Positions 59,101-64,000 of a DNA stretch of 64,000 bases are shown here, one piece after another. This stretch comes from Chiloscyllium plagiosum. Taxonomy: Eukaryota. The stretch spans positions 79,534,503-79,598,502 of the forward strand of contig NC_057719.1 of NCBI RefSeq assembly GCF_004010195.1, given 5' to 3'. Each line of letters begins with the position of its first letter. Within the stretch, counting starts at the first letter, position 1. Under the pieces are notes generated by a model. That model saw nothing but the letters and a program-made list of their open reading frames with translations, did not search any database and was not told the DNA's origin. Made by a program: the position numbers and the translations under genes.

Positions 59101-59810
59101 TTGAGGGTGCTTTTTTGGGTGGTTGACATTTTTTTTACTGGAGGGAGTACTTTGGTGATTAACTAACAATCGTTAGCCCAAAGCATAATGTTATCTAGGG
59201 TCTGTGGTAGGCTAGCATGGGCTCTTTCATTGTTGAGGAGATGTGAATGGAGTCAAACGCAGTGGAATTACCATTGAAAAGCCTCAGTGTGACCACTTAA
59301 AAGAAGAAAGGTGATTGATAATGGACCTGAGATGGTTAACCCTGAGATAGTCTTGCAGTGATGACCTGGAGCTGATAAGAGGTCTGGCAACATAGGGAGA
59401 AAAAATAGAGACTTACAGTCATCCGGCATCTGTCACAACAGGATGCCCTCAAGCCCTTTACAGCTCCTAATATGCTTGATGTCTAGGTGTTGTGGAAAGC
59501 AGCAACTAACTTACGTAAAGCCCTACAAAATAATAGAGCAATTAATGACCAGACAATCTGTTTTTGTGGTCTTGATTGAGGGATAAATATTGCTCAGGAC
59601 ACAAGAGCAAACTCCACTGCTGTAAGGGAAGATGGGACCCCAGTTTCACATCTCATCCCCAAGCAGCCTTTGTTTGCTGAGCTTTTAGGGTTCTGTATCC
59701 AGGACTTTCAAACTCAGAAGTAAGTTTTTAAAAAGTTCTTTCTGAATTTCCAGCCTCTGATATACGTTTGTGGTCAGAATCTTCATTTGGCTTGACTAGT
59801 TAAGCTCCTG

Positions 59811-59943
59811 GGAGAAACTGAGGACTGCAGATGCTGGAGAGTCAGAGTCGAAAAGTATGGTGCTGGGAAAGCACAGCAGGTCAGGCAGCATTCGAGAAGC
59901 AAGAGAGTCAATGGTTCAGGCATAAGCCCTTCATCAGGAATGT
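59811..59943 (-). mobile_element. Penelope-like terminal repeat, family A, nested in an old LINE (59770-60400)
   Basis: Minus strand ttcctgatgaagggcttatgcctgaaccattg, with direct repeat GTTAAG(C/T)T(C/T)CTGG at 59799-59811 and 59944-59956. Confidence 0.8.
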
Positions 59944-61826
59944 GTTAAGTTTCTGGTCAATGATCATCCCCAAGAATGTTGATAAGGAGAATTAATTATG
60001 GTCATGTTCAACTGTTCAATGTCAAGGGGAGATGATTAATTTCTGTCTTGTTAGAGATGGCATTTGCCTGGCAGTTGTGTGGTGTGAATGTCACTTGCCA
60101 CTTGTCAGTCGAAGCCTGAATCTTGTCCATGTGGCTAGGGACAGCTTCGATCACTACCTAAAGAGTTCCAAATGGCACCAACAACTATGCAGCCATCAGT
60201 AAACATCCCCACCTCTATTTTATGATGATGGGGAGGTAATAGATGGAGCAGCTAAAGATGATTGGGCTTAGGACTGTGCCCTGAGTAACTCCTGTAGTGA
60301 TGTCTTGGGACAGAGGTGGATGGCCTCCAACAGTCACAACCATCTTCCTTTGAGCCTGGTATGACTCCAACCAGTGGAGACTTTTTTAGATTCCTACAGA
60401 TTTCAATTTTGTTACCAGTGACCCAAAGTTGACACCTATCTAGCTCTTTGTAGATTCTATGATTTTGTGGCCTTGAGATAATAGCCAAGTTAGAAGTGTG
60501 AATAGCAGCTTGTTGAATGATATCATTCGAGTTAGCTCAAATATACGTGGCCAAGCAACAGCAATTGAAACAACAAATCACAGCTGGAGCCAAGATGATG
60601 AAACATCATTGTAATATATTTAATAGTAGTTTATGCAGTGTAATGTTTGCTGTTTGTGATATTACCCAAACAGTGTGGGAAAACGTGCATGTTTGGAGCA
60701 CACCTGTGACTCTGTGTGTGTGTGTTTTCTAATAGAGAGACTTAATGTCCCAGATGAGCCCTTGGGACAACCACTAGGGGAGAGAAAAGCAGACAAACAG
60801 ATGGATGGTCAGGAGCTACTGCAAGAGCTTTTATTTACATTGCATCTTTAACAATCAGATCTGCCAAGATGCGACTCAGGGGCATTTATCAGACAATAAA
60901 TTGACACAGAACCAAAGTAGAAGATATTAGGACCAGTAAGCAAATGCTTTATCAGAGATGTAGGGTTTAAGGAGCATGTTAAAGTAAGCAAGAGGGATAG
61001 CGAGCTCTGAGGAGAAGGGTTCCTGAGGTCAGGGCCTATAGGGATAGCCACCAAAGATGGGGAGAAGGCGGGTGGGGGGTCCATAAGAGTTATTGGAGGT
61101 TGGAGGGCAGGAGATAGAATGGGACAATGCCACAGCCAGGTTTGTAAATAGAAGTGAGAATTTTGACACAGAGAAAATGCCCCCAGAGGAAGGGGAGACA
61201 CAAGGAAACAAAGTCAAGTCGGCAAATCGTGAAAACTGAGCAGCATGGGAATGTTGGACTGAAGGGCCTGTTTCCGTGCTGTGGACCTCTATCACTCTCT
61301 GAATGGCATAGATATTGAGCGATGGGCAACTAACAAGCAGAGTCTGAACTGAAAGAGACAAACACAAAGGAACATGGGAACAGTATGTAACTCTGACATC
61401 CTTTGGATCTATCATTAGTTCAGCCAGTCAGCCTCCATGGCTCAGGAAGCATTGCTGTCTGAGAGCAGGAGGCTGTGAGCTCGGGTCTCCCTCCAGTGAC
61501 CTGTATGTGAACTCCAGGCTGACATTGCAGTGCAGTATTGGAAGAGTGTTGCACCCTCAGAAGAGCTATCATTGGAATGAAACAAAGGCTTGGTCTTCAC
61601 TCTCTTGAATTAATGTAAAATATTCCACAGCATTAATCAAGGGAGACCGGGGCGAGTTATCCCTTGGTTCCTAGGCCAATATTTGTTGGAGTTATTTTAA
61701 TCGAACATGCTTTGACATGCCTCTGAGGCAGCCAGTCTTGATCCCAGGTCTGCTGGTTCAGAAGTAGTGACACCATCACTGGGTCACAAGACCCCGAAAT
61801 ATCGATTATTTCTTTTTGAGCACCGT

Positions 61827-62092
61827 GGGAGGCACGGTGGCACAGTGGTTAGCACTGCTGCCTCGCAGCGCCAGAGACCCGGGTTCAATTCCCGCCGTTT
61901 CCTCTGGGTGCTCCAGTTTCCTCCCACAATCCAAAGATGTGCAGGTCAGGTGAATTGGCCTTGCTAATTTGCCCGTAGTGTTAGGTAAGGGGTAAATGTA
62001 GGGGTATGGGTGGGTTGCGCTTTGGCGGGTCGGTGTGGACTTGTTGGGCCGAAGGGCCTGTTTCCACACTGTAATGTAATCTAATCTAATCT
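61827..62092 (+). mobile_element. HE1-type SINE, young, with an internal deletion
   Basis: Near-identical to 4124-4432 but lacking ~38 nt after the B box. Ends in (taatc)n. Confidence 0.9.
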
Positions 62093-62964
62093 AAAATGCC
62101 ATAAACCACATGACCAACTGCTGAATGCAGAAGCAATGCTAGCAGGAGTTTGCATATTAGTTGTTCATCATGGCAAGTTGTAGCTTATGCTGTTTATAAA
62201 CCTGATTAAACTTTTCAACTAAGCTAGATCCATGCTACCCAATCCGTGTTACTTACTGATAACACACGAAAGCACAGCAACGTTTATCCCTCAACCCACC
62301 AATACTAAAACAGATAATCTCATCACTATCATATGGTTGTCTGTGGAAACTTGCTGTGCCCACATTTGGACCCTTACTTTCCTAGCTTGGCTGCATTTCA
62401 GAAAATGCTTTGTTGGCTCTAAAGCACTTTGAGATACCTGACCCATCTTACCACAAGCCAGATTTCAAAACCTGTCTGCGCCAACCTGAGCCACAATCCC
62501 CAGGACCTGACTTCCCCTCGACATGACTCCCCGTATTCTAGATCTCACACTTCCCACTCCAAATGGATCTCTCCCTGTAGCTGGACCTAACATTCCCACC
62601 CAATGTCAGACTATATCCTCAATGTATCCTTGCACTCATCCATTTGCCTGTGTAATGGAACCTCCAGAAATAGGTGGCGATAATGTGGGACAGCACGAAA
62701 TAGGAGTGCTTGAGCAGTTGTGCTGAGCCCTTCAGTGATGTTGTGGGAGAGAGCAGAGCAGGGGGCTCAAGCAGTTTGTGTCTGAACCTCTAGCAAGAGG
62801 CGATGTTGGTGAAAGTGGACCACTAGAGTTGTTGAATGGTCCCTCTCTGGAACAAAAGATGTTATTTTGGGAAAAGAGACCTTGTAGGAAGAGTGGGCAA
62901 AGGATTCCTCAACCCTATCTAAAATAAGGGTTTAATTCCATAGAAATACTATAAATGCAATAAG

Positions 62965-63277
62965 AGTGGCATGATGGCTCAGCAGTTAGCACCGCTGCCT
63001 CACAGTGCCATGGACTCAGGCTCGATTCCCGCCTCAGGTAGCTGCCTGTGTGGAGTTTGAACATTCTCTGCGTGTCTGTGTGGGTTTCCTCCCACAATCC
63101 AAAGATGTGCAGGTCAGGTGAATTGGCCATGCTAAATTTCCCAAAGTGTTAGGTGCATCAGTCAGCGTTAAATATAGGGTAGGAGAATGGGTCTGGGTGG
63201 ATTACTCTTCGGAAGGTCGGTGTGGCATTGTTGGGTGAAATGGCCTGTTTCCATGCTGTAGAGAATCTAATCTAATC
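62965..63277 (+). mobile_element. HE1-type SINE
   Basis: Head, body and (aatct)n tail. Confidence 0.88.
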
Positions 63278-63619
63278 TGCTTCTTTGTTTCATCTTAATT
63301 TCCCTTCATGTTTGTAATGATTCGATGCCACTGGAATAAAGAATCTCTGCTTCATGATCTTTTGGTTTTCTGTGTCGAATCACATTTACACCCTCCCTTG
63401 TTCTATCAGTCACCTGAATCCCTCATCCACGCGGCACTCTACACTCCTGACACCCTAACCCTACCCCCATACTTACCTTACATTTTTACCTTTGTCTCAG
63501 TAGCTGTCAAAGTTGCTGCAGGATACTTAATCTGTAAAATAAGGCTCTTAATGATGATAAAGGGCACGTGGTTTCCATGGTGATTCTCTCTGCAGCCAAA
63601 TGTGAGCTTCCCTGCATTC

Positions 63620-64000
63620 TTCTTGGAAAACTGCGTTCAACTCTGGTCTCCCTGCTAGAGGAAGAATGTTGTTAAACTTGAAAGGATTCAGAAAAGACTT
63701 ATAAGGATGTTGCTGGGGCTGGAGAATTTGAGCTACAGGGAGAGGCTGAATAGGCTGAGGTCATTTACCCTGGAGCGTCGGAGGCTGAGGGATGACCTTG
63801 TAGAGGTTTATAAAATCATGAGGGACATGGATACACTGAATAGCCAAGGTCTTTTCCCCAGGGTAGGGGAGTCCAAAACTAGAGGGCACAGGTTTAAGAT
63901 GAGTGGAGAAAGATTTTAAAGTGGGCAACATTTTCATACCGAGGGTGGCGCGTGTATGGAATGAGCTGCCAGAGGAAGTGGTGGAGGCTGGTACAATTGC
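63620..64000 (+). mobile_element. CR1/HER1 fragment running off the window end
   Basis: LSYRERLNRL..LERRRLRDDLVEVYKIMR..ESKTRGHRFK. Confidence 0.9.

Noticed and set aside
60477..60614. Plus-strand open frame ending in PDZ-ligand-like DETSL*
   Set aside because: No convincing splice acceptor or start, and 45 open codons is within chance.
60768..62800. CTCF-like motifs (e.g. CCACTAGGGGAG, GAGCAGGGGGCTC)
   Set aside because: Only partial matches by eye, not distinguishable from chance without a PWM scan.

Overview
Eukaryotic, repeat-dominated, apparently intronic or intergenic DNA from a cartilaginous fish. The shark assignment is inferred from many HE1-type tRNA-derived SINEs and their partner HER1/CR1 LINE 3' fragments. 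No protein-coding host gene could be recognised: the ORFs I can identify in the track are retroelement fragments or antisense/chance ORFs. Identifiable content includes CR1 LINEs (at least two age classes), a second CR1/L2-clade LINE, Rex1/Babar, L2 remnants, HE1 SINEs, Deu-domain-like SINEs, a further tRNA-headed SINE, a probable solo LTR, minisatellites and two assembly gaps. The most striking signal is about 20 Penelope-like (GIY-YIG) pieces from three families whose terminal repeats carry minimal type I hammerhead ribozyme cores (CUGANGA-A-stemII-GAAA-NUH). These cores have a loop-less palindromic stem III (ACGU or AGCU). The pieces occur as ~130-bp solo units or asymmetric palindromes with a 35-37 nt tail, flanked by 8-15 bp direct repeats. 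Also notable are a CR1 with a clean twin-priming-type 5' inversion and an SVA-like composite element (tRNA-like head, 24-bp VNTR, Rex1-like tail). All calls were made by eye with no database search, and boundaries are approximate unless exact motifs are quoted.
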